Origin: Spizellomyces punctatus DAOM BR117
Lineage: Eukaryota
NCBI GenBank assembly: GCA_000182565.2
Contig: KQ257468.1
DNA: 64,000 bases
Reading direction: 5' to 3' (one strand)
Both the position numbers and the translations under genes were made by a program. Below, piece after piece: positions 38,929 to 48,948 of the stretch (positions are counted from its first letter, which is position 1; every line of letters begins with the position of its first letter). A model generated the notes under the pieces. The model saw only the letters and a program-made list of their open reading frames with translations. It was not told the origin of the DNA and made no database searches.

Positions 38929-40321
38929 TCATAAAACTGCAGGAGACGGTTGCAAAAGCCAAGTTGAATCGTCTCCCGGGTAACGTTGCTGGGGATGTGC
39001 GAGTAGTTTGGTCATGGCTATCGTAAATCTTGAAAGTAGAAGTCATGAGCGCCAGTCACCAATCATCATTTACGTTATTCCTATATACCTGCGTCTTTCT
39101 CTCGTAACTTCAAACAGTTGGTTTTTGCCTTCATCCTCAAGTTGAATCAACGCGTCGTATATTGCCTGTTAAGAAAGTGAAGAGCTCAGGTGATTGGTAT
39201 GACAATACATCAAGTGGACCTGAATACCTGTACGTTGTTTTCCGCTGATTCCTGCATTAACAAAAGCCGTTAAAACGCAAGGTCGGCAAAAGAGGAAAAA
39301 TTCCGACAGGTTGTTAATACCTTATCATGAAGATATACGCAATCAAAGAAAAGCCGTGGGTTGTCCAACAGGTATTTCTATCAGAGATAAGGTTAAGAGA
39401 CACCATTTCGGCGCAGTGGTCATAACCGTCTTACATATTCGCGGGTTGGTGGAGGCGGCACATTGCTTCTGCAATATATTAAAATCACTCGTAAAACATA
39501 GTCGCTTTCATTGTTAGGGATGTGTTCGGCTCTGTCAGTAGACGAGTTGGTGATTAGCATATCGACTGCTGGCATCCAAAGAAGCTTTAAGTCGTCGTTC
39601 AACCTACAATGCTTCAAAAAGTGTTTGCATGTCTAAACAAATGCTATATGAGATCGCGATGGGAGTAATTCTTTGCGTAGTTCAAAGACGTACTCCATTC
39701 CGTTCGCTCATCTTCAGACTGAATCTGCTCTATTGCCTTATCAATTGCGTTTTCATCCGATGAAAACTGTGCATGCTGGCGAAAAGCGAACCGTCAGAAT
39801 TTTCACACTCGACACTGCAAGACCCGGGTCACTCAGGTAAGACGTACCTACCCACAACGTTATGACACCTGCTGTGCAGATTCCAAACTAAGGCGGACGT
39901 CAGCCTTCAAATTACGAAGCTGTTGCTTCATCAATTACCTGGTGGGCAGGATTCAAGCGTGATTTTTGAAATACGAACCGTTTCATTAGCCGCTTTGCCC
40001 ATTCGAGACGGGTTCTAGAATGACTGTCAGTTAGATCGCCTTCTCGACGAAGACACTTACAAAAAGGTTACTAACACTGGAGGGTGTGTAAGTAGCCCGC
40101 TGCCGGCTTCTTCACCTATATCAACACAGAACACCTAATAACGTTAACCACAGTGCGTCTAGCAAATCGACCAGTTCGCGTCGGCGCGCAACAAGCATTC
40201 AAACAATACAAGCTCTGTGCATCACCACGGACGTCGTGGGTGGCATAACAGGCGGTCCTATCCCTCTTCAAATGCAAATCCCGCTCAGCTAACTACCTAC
40301 AATTTTCTCAGGCAGGAACAT
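38929..40321 (-). CDS. BABAM1: BABAM1/MERIT40/NBA1 homologue (BRISC/BRCA1-A complex VWA subunit)
   Basis: Roughly ten short exons: MFLPEKI|VFCVDIGEE, RFVFQKSRLNPAHQ|FGI, YVLRVILIYCRS, FFDCVYLHDK, AMTKLLAHPQQR, matching recalled BABAM1 motifs PEKVIICLDLSEEM, VVRTILVYSR, FFDVVYIH, KLLAHPLQR. Confidence 0.85.
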
Positions 40322-40510
40322 ATCGCTAGAAGATGCTCAACCTGGACCTGATCGTTCAAACTACTGGGACTGGTAGTCCCCCGTGACTTCTGGTTATGGA
40401 CTGGTTGCAGTCATGGTTCCAATGTACCCAACAATAGCTCAACAACCTTTCAGGATGTGATGACGGACACTACGCGACTCGACTTCACAGGTTCTCACGA
40501 TCATCGAGCC

Positions 40511-43183
40511 ATGGACAAAATCGTTGATTTTGGCAAGTCTCTCTTTACTCGATCACGTCGGTCGGAACGATTGGCTCAACAACGTCCGTATCATACACCT
40601 GAACCTGCACAGGTAAATTTTCCAGCCAGTTTAGTCGCTTACAGCTCCTTTCATTTAAACGTTTGTACTTTCAGCGGAGAAAACAAGCCAAACGTCGACG
40701 TCGTATTTCAGATGATATCACAGATACACTTACACAAGCTGTTCGTACCGTCACCACCCCTGCAAGAGCTGCTCTGAACTTTTTGGTGCCAACTCCTGAG
40801 GCCGAACCAAACCAGCTACCTGAAGTTCCCGAGGTTGGAGAAGTTCTGGTACCGGAAACTTTAGTCTGTGGCAATAGCGAGACACAAACAACGTCGACCA
40901 GCGAACCTACACCAACCGAAGAAATTGCAGCGGCCATCAGCCTGTACCCGAACGTAGAGGATGTTGACAAGGAAGAAGCACAGACGCCTGCCAAAATATA
41001 CCCTGTGATAGAAGAGTTACGGGGAGCAAGTTCCCTGCACAGCACAGAAGACAATGGTCAGTGGATTCCTGAATGCGAGGTGCAGAGCATGGAAGTAGAG
41101 GGTGCTCCCGAAGAGGACGATCCGCACCTGCAAGATCGGCCGGAAGCACAAGATGATAGTAAATCCATCGACATCAACAGTCGATCGCCCTCTCCTGATG
41201 ATTCCACTGATGCAAAAGAAGGGGGTACTCCATCAGAGGGTGAATCGACTGCAACTGAAATGAGCTACAATATGACATCTGTTGTCATCGAAACAAGCAC
41301 AGATGAAGGAAGCGCGCAACATATACAAGAGTCTAGCATTGTCGATAGCAACAGTATGGTGATAGACATTGAAAAGGAGCACAGTGTGTTAACGGCCTCC
41401 GAATCGCCAAATGGTAGCGAGGATGACGGCAACCACCAGCCTCGCTTAATCGACAATAAATCGCAGAAGGCAAAGGGTCCTGCGCCGAGTGACCGGATAT
41501 TCACATCTGACAGTAAGTGATCTGTAAGGATAACGCTAGCTACTTTTACTGATTCTCCAATCCTAGTCATTGACCTCACCTCCTCCCCGGACATTCCGCT
41601 TGATGAGCCAATGAACTTGTCCGAGCTGGGCCCTACCCGAACATCACCTGGTACGTAAGCAGAGATATTTCCTTGCGAAGTTCACGAGGCTCAGGAACGA
41701 ACTCTTGTAGCACCTGTCGAGCGTGTACCAACGCGGACATCTGCAACTGTGTCCCCACGGCTGGAACCTCCCGCACTGAAGCTATCGCAGATCTATATGT
41801 CCAAAGACCCGTTTATATTTTCCGCGTTGCCCAGTCAGACATCGGTAAATATGCTGCTTTCACCTACGATGTTAAAGAGGACAAGGTATCAATGATAACC
41901 TCTTAGGATCGCCGAGCGAAGATCCCACGCTCCGAGATCAGGGTTCGGAAAATCAAGCGTCGTTATTACGGGACCGGTGCTGAAGTGCAAGCACCTCGTT
42001 CTCTGACTATGTCACCAAAAAGACGGACTGCCGGAATAAATTTGAGTCGTCTGCGACCGAAGATGGCACCACCGACCTCAGCTACCCAGCCGACTGTGGG
42101 AGCATCCACCAATCTTTCCACGAAAGCAACAATCGACCTGAAAGAGTCGTCTACAACTGTTACAACCCCTACTGCGGCTGCCCATCCAATTGCTGAAACA
42201 GAGGCCAAGCGAAGAAAAATCGACAAGCCCATCAGCAAACCAACCCAGCATGTGTTGGACATCATCAATAGCATCGTGGCACCCGTATGTACAATAAGCT
42301 GAGATGTGTCTGTAACTGTCCCATCAAATCTGGAATGCTGACTTATACTTCATTAGCCACCTCCAGCCATGCCAATGCCCCGACCAACAGCCCCTGCTGT
42401 CAACCCTTATGAGGTTAAGCTTTTGACACAGCCCGCTCCAGCAGCAGCGAAGGCAAACACGGAGGTACCCGCTCACTCTCCAGCTTCCATTATGTCTGTG
42501 CACGCGATTTACCAGGCTCGTTCGTACAATAGGCAGACGATTTACGTAGGAAAGTCCAAATGATTGAAGAACGCTTTGAGCCGCATGGGAAGAAACGAGG
42601 TATTGAAGAGGCTGATACGGAAGAAGCTGTGGTGGAGCCTGCTTCCGTTCAGGACAGAAGAATACTTCCCCTTCCAACACCCCGAAGGAAATTGGTAGCC
42701 ACAACACCGAAGCGCGTGGCCGAAGAACGACTATCACAGAATAAGAACCGTCCTAGATACACATTTGAAGATACTATTCGAGCATCAAACGTCAAATCTC
42801 CTATGCCTACTGAATCAATGAAGACTACGGGTTTGTCCGGCGATAATTCTACAACAAAGGAATGGAAGGCCACTGGCTTAACACATGCGAAGTTGACGTT
42901 GGACGACATCCTGCGGGAAGCTGCCACAATTCAGCTTCCATCCGATATTCAGTTCTCATTCTACGCTGGTCAAGCAACAGTGTCGTCGGAGTGCCGACAG
43001 CTTGTGATGACGGGGATGGATGCATCAATGCATAATCAGCGGTACTTTAGCGACACGCCAAATTTTGAATCAAATCAGATGGACGCAGAGCGCCGCCTCA
43101 CAAGGATTTTGCAGGAATTTAAGGAGTATAGTGCTGGAGCAAGTGTGGAGAGAGTATGGAGGTCGACGGACCCTATCGTGTGA
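40511..43183 (+). CDS. Hypothetical disordered protein (possibly nuclear-basket nucleoporin-like)
   Basis: Multi-exon; N-terminal amphipathic helix MDKIVDFGKSLF plus basic NLS-like patch, acidic spacer, RYYGTG and QHVLDIINSI motifs. Function is a guess. Confidence 0.55.
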
Positions 43184-43284
43184 CTCAATAACAGCGCCTG
43201 TGCAGTGTCATAATGTGTAGATAAAACACCACAACATCAATATTTGCATTTGGGCGTTAGTATTCTCAGAGGTCCATTTCCATG

Positions 43285-43828
43285 TTATGCCCCTTGGGGT
43301 TTGCTGCCCCGTGCCGATGCCAATTCCTCTTTCCGTCTGGCTTCTACTCGCGCTGCAGCTTCCTTCCGCTTCTCAAAAATCACCTCATTCCGTTTGACAA
43401 TATAGGACGAGTGTATCGTTACCTGTGAAACGACTAAGGTGGCCACTGCCGAGCCACGCCGTATCAGTAGTCGTATAATGTTGGACATGGAGTAAATTAA
43501 TAGAACTAACGTGCTGTAACGACCCCAGCTGTGTAAAAGGGGATCTTCTTATGCCTGTAACTTTTCGCATACCAAAACCCGCCACCCGTAATGGCAAGAG
43601 CTGCAAGAAAGTAGGAGAGTTAAAAGAACGTGTTTAACGTGCTCATTAGAGCTTTAATAGCGAGAACAAAAGCAACTTACTCACGGCACCCGCTATCAAT
43701 CCATGCCCCCAGGCAATCTTTTCCGCGTCCTCAAGTCTTGCGTCAAAATCCGCAAGTGGCCGGGATCCGAACGTAGGGATAGTTGGGTTACTCCGTGAAG
43801 TTGGAAGTTCTGGTGGAGAATTGGACAT
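43285..43828 (-). CDS. Small two-TM hypothetical membrane protein (3 exons)
   Basis: Spliced model ..WGHGLIAGAV|TLAITGGGFWYAKSY..FYTAGVVTA|LATLVVSQV.. followed by a charged helix. Confidence 0.6.
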
Positions 43829-44074
43829 ACGAGCGTTATGTCATTGATGATCTCGTTGGAGAACAACGAGGTAAAGCTGAGTCGGGCGATTGTCATAATG
43901 GATGGACTCGGTTGGAATCACTGATTTCTCCCCATTAGGGTTAATTAGCCAATACTTCTCCGCACAATTTCCTCTCTGAAAATCGCATTGATGGTCTCCA
44001 AAAGTCGGTGATGCCTCCCCTGTCCTCTCCTCCGATAGCCCTTCCAGAGCATACGTCTGATCAGCGTCCTACTA

Positions 44075-46004
44075 ATGGAGGCAGACGTTGGAGCTCCCAG
44101 CCAACATCGTGTCTCCACTGAAATACCTACCCAACCGCATAGCCGAGTGGCCAGCAGCGATAAAGGAGAGGCCGATGGCGTGCCTGATACAGAGGGTCAA
44201 GCTGAACCCTCTGCTGAAGGGCCCGTGCTGCCGCCGAAGTCCGTAGAGAATGAGCTTTTGGAAAAAAATGAAGAGTAAATACTTTTCGGGCGGTTTGGTT
44301 GCCTTTTGACCGTTTTGCTCATGGTGTTGGTTCTTGTTGTCCAGCTATCAGCTCCTACTGAGTACATTGACTGTGCTACGAAACCAGCTAACGCAGGCGG
44401 AAGAAGATCTCACAAAACTTATCAATATGAAAGAAGAGGCGCTACAAGATCCTCTATCTTTTGTGGAAAAATTGATGTCCAAGGTGCAGAGAACAGATGC
44501 CCCGTTCCCCCGATGACGAGGTCATACCACGATAATCTAACTCCGCACAAATAGAACTTGGATACTATACCGAAACCTCAAAGAGTTGTCGCAGTTCCCC
44601 ATATCGATCTCTATAAATATCAAGGCGATACAGGTTGGACATATGAAGGGAGCTATCGTTATAGCGGCAAGTCGATTTTTAACAGTTTGCCATACAAGGC
44701 TCCACATCAACCCGTTTTCCAAGAACACGATCGTACTTCAGAAGCGACATCTTTGACCGATCCTTCTCTCCGGGTTGGGGAACACCTCTACCTGATCTTG
44801 GACCAGTGGACGACTCTGAGATTTCCTCAAGCCACGAGATGGAGACGGAACAAGAAAACGTACTAATTATTTTTGTCGCGCTTTCTCTGCTGCCTGTGTT
44901 AATCGTATGTTACACATAGTCCAAAGGTACCCCGGAAGAACGGTCACACACTTTCAATCAGCCGTGGTCAGAAGAAGAGCACGTATGTAGCCACTTCCGT
45001 CTTTCAGAGTCACAAAGTATGTCGTTTTTAGCTTATTATAACATGTCTGTTTCTGTAACAGACTCGGTTGATGGAACTCCTTGAAGTATATCCTGAGGAG
45101 TCGATCGCCACCCGCCGTTTTGAGAAGATTTCTGCTGCGTTAGGAAGCAGGACCTCAAGACAGGTATTACTTTGCATAGTCTGCGGAGTAGTTTTCTTGT
45201 AGAGACCACTGATGTTCGACACACGGTAGGTAGCGAGTCGTGTCCAGAAGCTGTTTGAACCGCGGAGTCGCACTTCTTCTGTAAAGAAGGCATCTACCGC
45301 TAAGCCAACAACCACGCGCGTGTCGGGTACATATTACTCAAATAGGTACGTCATAACAGCATATCAAAGGGGAAGCTCAGGACATGATACCTTCTCTCTA
45401 AAGGTTCAGTGGATCACGATACTTGCATACACCCACGGTTACCATGTCCGACGACGAGGGTGATGATGAGGATATTGGCATTCCGGTTCATCCGGAACTC
45501 AAATCATCTGAGGAATACAAGGTCAATTGATTCATGCCGTGATTTATTTATGTAATTGCTGTTAACATCCTCCATATGCAGGAACTCCTAAGATTACAGA
45601 AGTTGGCGAAGCTCAAGGCCAATGTACCATCTGCACACACTGCGGATCCTGTGCATTACGGATACTCCTGTGATAGATGCCTGGCAGAGCCCATTGTCGG
45701 AGTAGGTCATATTGAATGCATTTGGAGGATGCCACCAAGATTTAAATATTCTGGTAGACTCGATGGAAGTGCCTCGACTGTCCTGAAGAAAGCCAAGTCG
45801 ATCTATGTGATGAATGCATGGACAAAAATTTCCAGAATGGTGGGGTTTTATTCTGCAGGTCCAAGGGTTTATTCGACGTACTCATCTTTGAGCGATTCGC
45901 TAGATCATCACAGCGCTGACCATCGCTTTGAGAAGATAGCAACTCCAGAAGAAACTGATATGCAGGACGATTATGCATATCTTGGATTTCGTAAAGTCGA
46001 ATAA
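44075..46004 (+). CDS. ZZZ3: ZZZ3-like SANT/Myb plus ZZ zinc-finger protein
   Basis: NE|DYQLLLSTLTVLRNQ..EALQDPLSFVEKL, TFNQPWSEEE, LLEVYPEE..RRFEKISAALGSRTSRQ|VASRVQK, ZZ finger HYGYSCDRC..PIVG|TRWKCLDCP..VDLCDEC. Confidence 0.85.
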
Positions 46005-46443
46005 GTTGTCATGGGTGCAAGTTTCCATGCATTGTGTTGGTCTGATTCAACAATTTGTATAATTGTATATGACTGTTCTGCTCGGTTGATGAGGTAGTTC
46101 TCCCGCTAGAGCGGTAAGCTACACTGTTACATAATTTAATAGAGTCTGTATTTCATCCTATAAAATCAAGCTCCTCCTTTCTAATATGACATACATCATC
46201 CAGTCGACTCAACAATCATGATGGGAAGGCGACTGTGAACAGCATCTCACTAGCGTTAGTACAGACCATACTACATGCACCCCAGCGACTTCCAAAGAGA
46301 TTATAGCACTACACTCAGGGATTCAAGCCAAACTCGGCTTTGAACATGTCAACATGTCGGCAATTGGCGACTCCTAAGAACTTGAAGGCTCGTATCTAAA
46401 ATGACACAAATCAATAACTGATCCTGCAGAAGGTGTAATTGTC

Positions 46444-46570
46444 AGGCCGAGCGAGAAAAGATCATCACTGTAGAAGTCTCAACATGAGCAGCGCCTAAGT
46501 GTCGCTATTCAGTGGATTGACAGATATTTTGGGGCAAATGCCACTAATCACTTCTCTTCTCGCTCGGCCT
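46444..46570 (-). ncRNA. Intronic box C/D snoRNA, SNORD110/snoR14-like 18S guide
   Basis: 14-bp perfect terminal stem aggccgagcgagaa/ttctcgctcggcct; box C GTGATTA (46551-46545) and box D ATGA (46465-46462); D' CTGA (46512-46509) preceded by ATCTGTCAATCC, complementary to conserved 18S GGATTGACAGAT. Confidence 0.85.
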
Positions 46571-46679
46571 AACGGGCAGCTGCGACTTACCATGTCACTT
46601 TCACGAGAGCGGAACAAACAGCGTCTATGAAGGGACATGACAAGAGTTAGTCATTGTCAGCGCCCACTTCGTACACACC

Positions 46680-46778
46680 GGATGATTCTTGCATCAGAAC
46701 TTCTTAGAGATTTAGCTTATCATTGATCACTGACAGTGATCTGCCATAGTGTAATTTCCTCCTTTGCAAGAATCACCC
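46680..46778 (-). ncRNA. Intronic box C/D snoRNA, U61/SNORD61-like 18S guide
   Basis: 14-bp terminal stem gggtgattcttgca/tgcaagaatcatcc; 3' end CTCTAAGAAGTT-CTGA matches the recalled U61 3' end and pairs with 18S ACTTCTTAGAG; variant box C AGGAGGA; C' ATGATAA. Confidence 0.88.
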
Positions 46779-47040
46779 ACTCTGATTGTATGACACTCAC
46801 CTCTATGCAGTTCCACCAAATGGGCCACGATACGCCCTTGACAGTGGCATTGACACGGAGTCAGGAGCGCGAAACTTCACCCAAGTAGCGGATGACGCAA
46901 ACGTCAGGCTGACGGCTCGGGGAGAGGTCGCATCGACAATATTATTTGTATGGAGACCACTACTTTGCTACTATCACAAAGATAGGATGTTAACAATGTA
47001 ACACATAAATAGACCATTAAACAGCATGGACGCGCGATCA

Positions 47041-47216
47041 ATCTCAGATTCGCCTTAACATCCAACATTCTTGTCCTTCCCCCAAAGCTGACGTCCGGTA
47101 TGTGGGGAGAAAGCATTACATTTCCTACAACCTCACGCAGCCGATGACTGCTCAGCAGCGGAGTTCTCTCTTGGAGATGAAGGCCAAGTAGGGATACCAA
47201 AGATCTCATCCTTGAC
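47041..47216 (-). ncRNA. Long (~175 nt) intronic box C/D RNA, orphan or scaRNA-like
   Basis: Box C AGGATGA (47212-47206), D' CTGA (47155-47152), hairpin gcagtc-atc-ggctgc, C' GTGAGGT, inserted hairpin ctttctcccca/tgggggaagg, box D CTGA (47047-47044), outer stem catgg..acgcg.atca/tgat..cgcgt.ccatg. Confidence 0.7.
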
Positions 47217-47487
47217 GGTGCCATGATACGCGTTGAACCATGTACATACCATCTTGGATATCGGGCCACTTCCACCGGCGGGGCTCAAGGAGTTTCATTG
47301 ATGGTTTGTTCTTTTGCCGGTCCACAAAGACGATGACTAGGTCATCGAGAGATGGTTGAGGAATACGGAAGCGAGCTGAATTCTGGAGGAAGATAAAGAA
47401 AATAGACATAATCACGTGGTGGCACAGCGCTAGTCGCGGCTGTTGGTCTCTCCGCTCGCAAGTGCTGTATGGCCAAACGCATCTGAC

Positions 47488-48851
47488 ATGGACTTTTCGG
47501 TTTTTGTCGCGAACACATTGGTAGTCGATAAATCAATATGGCATGTATGGCTGATGGGATTGTCTGGTAAGAACGAGTTTATCTTCTTGGGTTATATATG
47601 TCTGATCTTACAAATGTTCTGCAAAACGCTAGTGGAACAAGCGACGGTGTATGTGCAAAAGAAGCACCCCAACTTGTCTTCAAACATTCCAGCCCTTCGA
47701 TCTTTTATCACATCGCAGGTAGGTCAAAACAAAGGATCTCTCACAAGGGATATCCTTTTGACCTTCTCGCCAAAAGTACCGCAATTTTGAGCTTCTAGAA
47801 CACTATCTACACCGGCCGAAGACACTCCACACCCAGCTCCTCTTCCCCATGCCCTCCGAAACCAAAAGCTACCTCATTGAAACCTATTACAGCTTTGATG
47901 AGCGCGTTGTGCGTGAGTTTCTCGGCAAAAAGTTTTCATCGCGTGTTAGAAAAGACTTGGAGGATGTATGCGAGAAGACGCGGGTGCCTTTGGGTGGATG
48001 TCGACGCATGTTTGATAATTTTAAGAGGATCGTAAAGACTGTCGAGGATGCAGACAGCAACATGGTGTTATTAATCCAAAAGGAGTTTCTATTGCCGAGA
48101 GTGTTGGCAAAGTAAGTTTGCCTAGATGACTTTAGTTCGCTCGTCCCTGAGTATTGACGTGCCCATTTCGTCTCATGCATCGTTTGCACAGTCAATACGC
48201 ACATATAATATTCATAAATAACTACCGTCTGGACACATTCAAACGAAGATTAGCTCACATCCGGTTTTCGGATTTCGATTACGGTAGGACAGGAGAGCTT
48301 TGTACCTATAGTACCCGGACCTAACTATATCTTCCATCTCAGTCGCATCCATATTCATGCAATACTTCTCAAGTCCCAATATCTCCCCATTGGATGAACT
48401 CGACGGAGCGCTTGCCCAAGACGCTAGGGACCTGAGAACCATTATTTTCAATCAGAAAGGAGTTCTCGAGGAATATCGCGCACTTGTAACCACCCATCTC
48501 GCCAGCCTAGGACATTCCTCCATCATGGAGAAGGGCAGTCAAATAGCCTTTAAAGTTATTCTGCGCAATGTTTTCACAATAGGATCAAGTTTGGCCCATA
48601 GCAAGGAGCTGCGCGATATATTCATTGCCTTACAAGAGAAAGTCGTGGAGCCAGGCATCGGCATGGGCTGGGCATCGTCAGATCTGGAACTGTTCTTGTC
48701 CTCATGCAAGCTGCAGTTTACGGCTCTTCAGAGTCTAAATCCGCAGATCCGGGAACGATATGCAAATTCGTGTTCTCGATTGTTAGACGGCATCAAATTT
48801 GCTGGGTTACGCTTTTACGAAGCAATCAATTCCGGGACATCTCAAACATAG
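47488..48851 (+). CDS. FIBP: Acidic FGF intracellular-binding protein homologue
   Basis: VFVANTLVVD..WLMGLS|V, YRNFELLEHYLHRP..TQLLF, LIETYYSFDERVVREFLGKK..RKDLEDVCEKT..CRRMFDNFKRIVK. Confidence 0.9.
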
Positions 48852-48948
48852 TCGGCTACTACTCTTCTAAACGAACAGCGGCATGCTGTCATTTGAAGGG
48901 ACGATGTAGCATTTGTACATAGATTTCAATCATATTTTCCTGTATAAA

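Larger units (their letters stand above)
46140..47400 (-). ncRNA. Putative spliced non-coding snoRNA host transcript (ends approximate)
   Basis: Strong donors GTATGT (47249), GTGAGT (46800), GTAAGT (46590); branch points GTTAAC, GACTAAC, TACTAAC; spliced exons give only a ~19-codon ORF; three introns are unusually long and each holds a C/D RNA. Confidence 0.75.

Noticed and set aside
46981-47115. Possible H/ACA RNA (hairpin plus ACAAGA)
   Set aside because: No convincing second hairpin with a terminal ACA; the C/D architecture explains the region better.
47184-47198. 15-nt complementarity of the long C/D RNA to an LSU 5' end of the TCAGGTAGGGATACC type
   Set aside because: That rRNA variant is recalled from filamentous ascomycetes and probably differs here; the element is not adjacent to a D or D' box.
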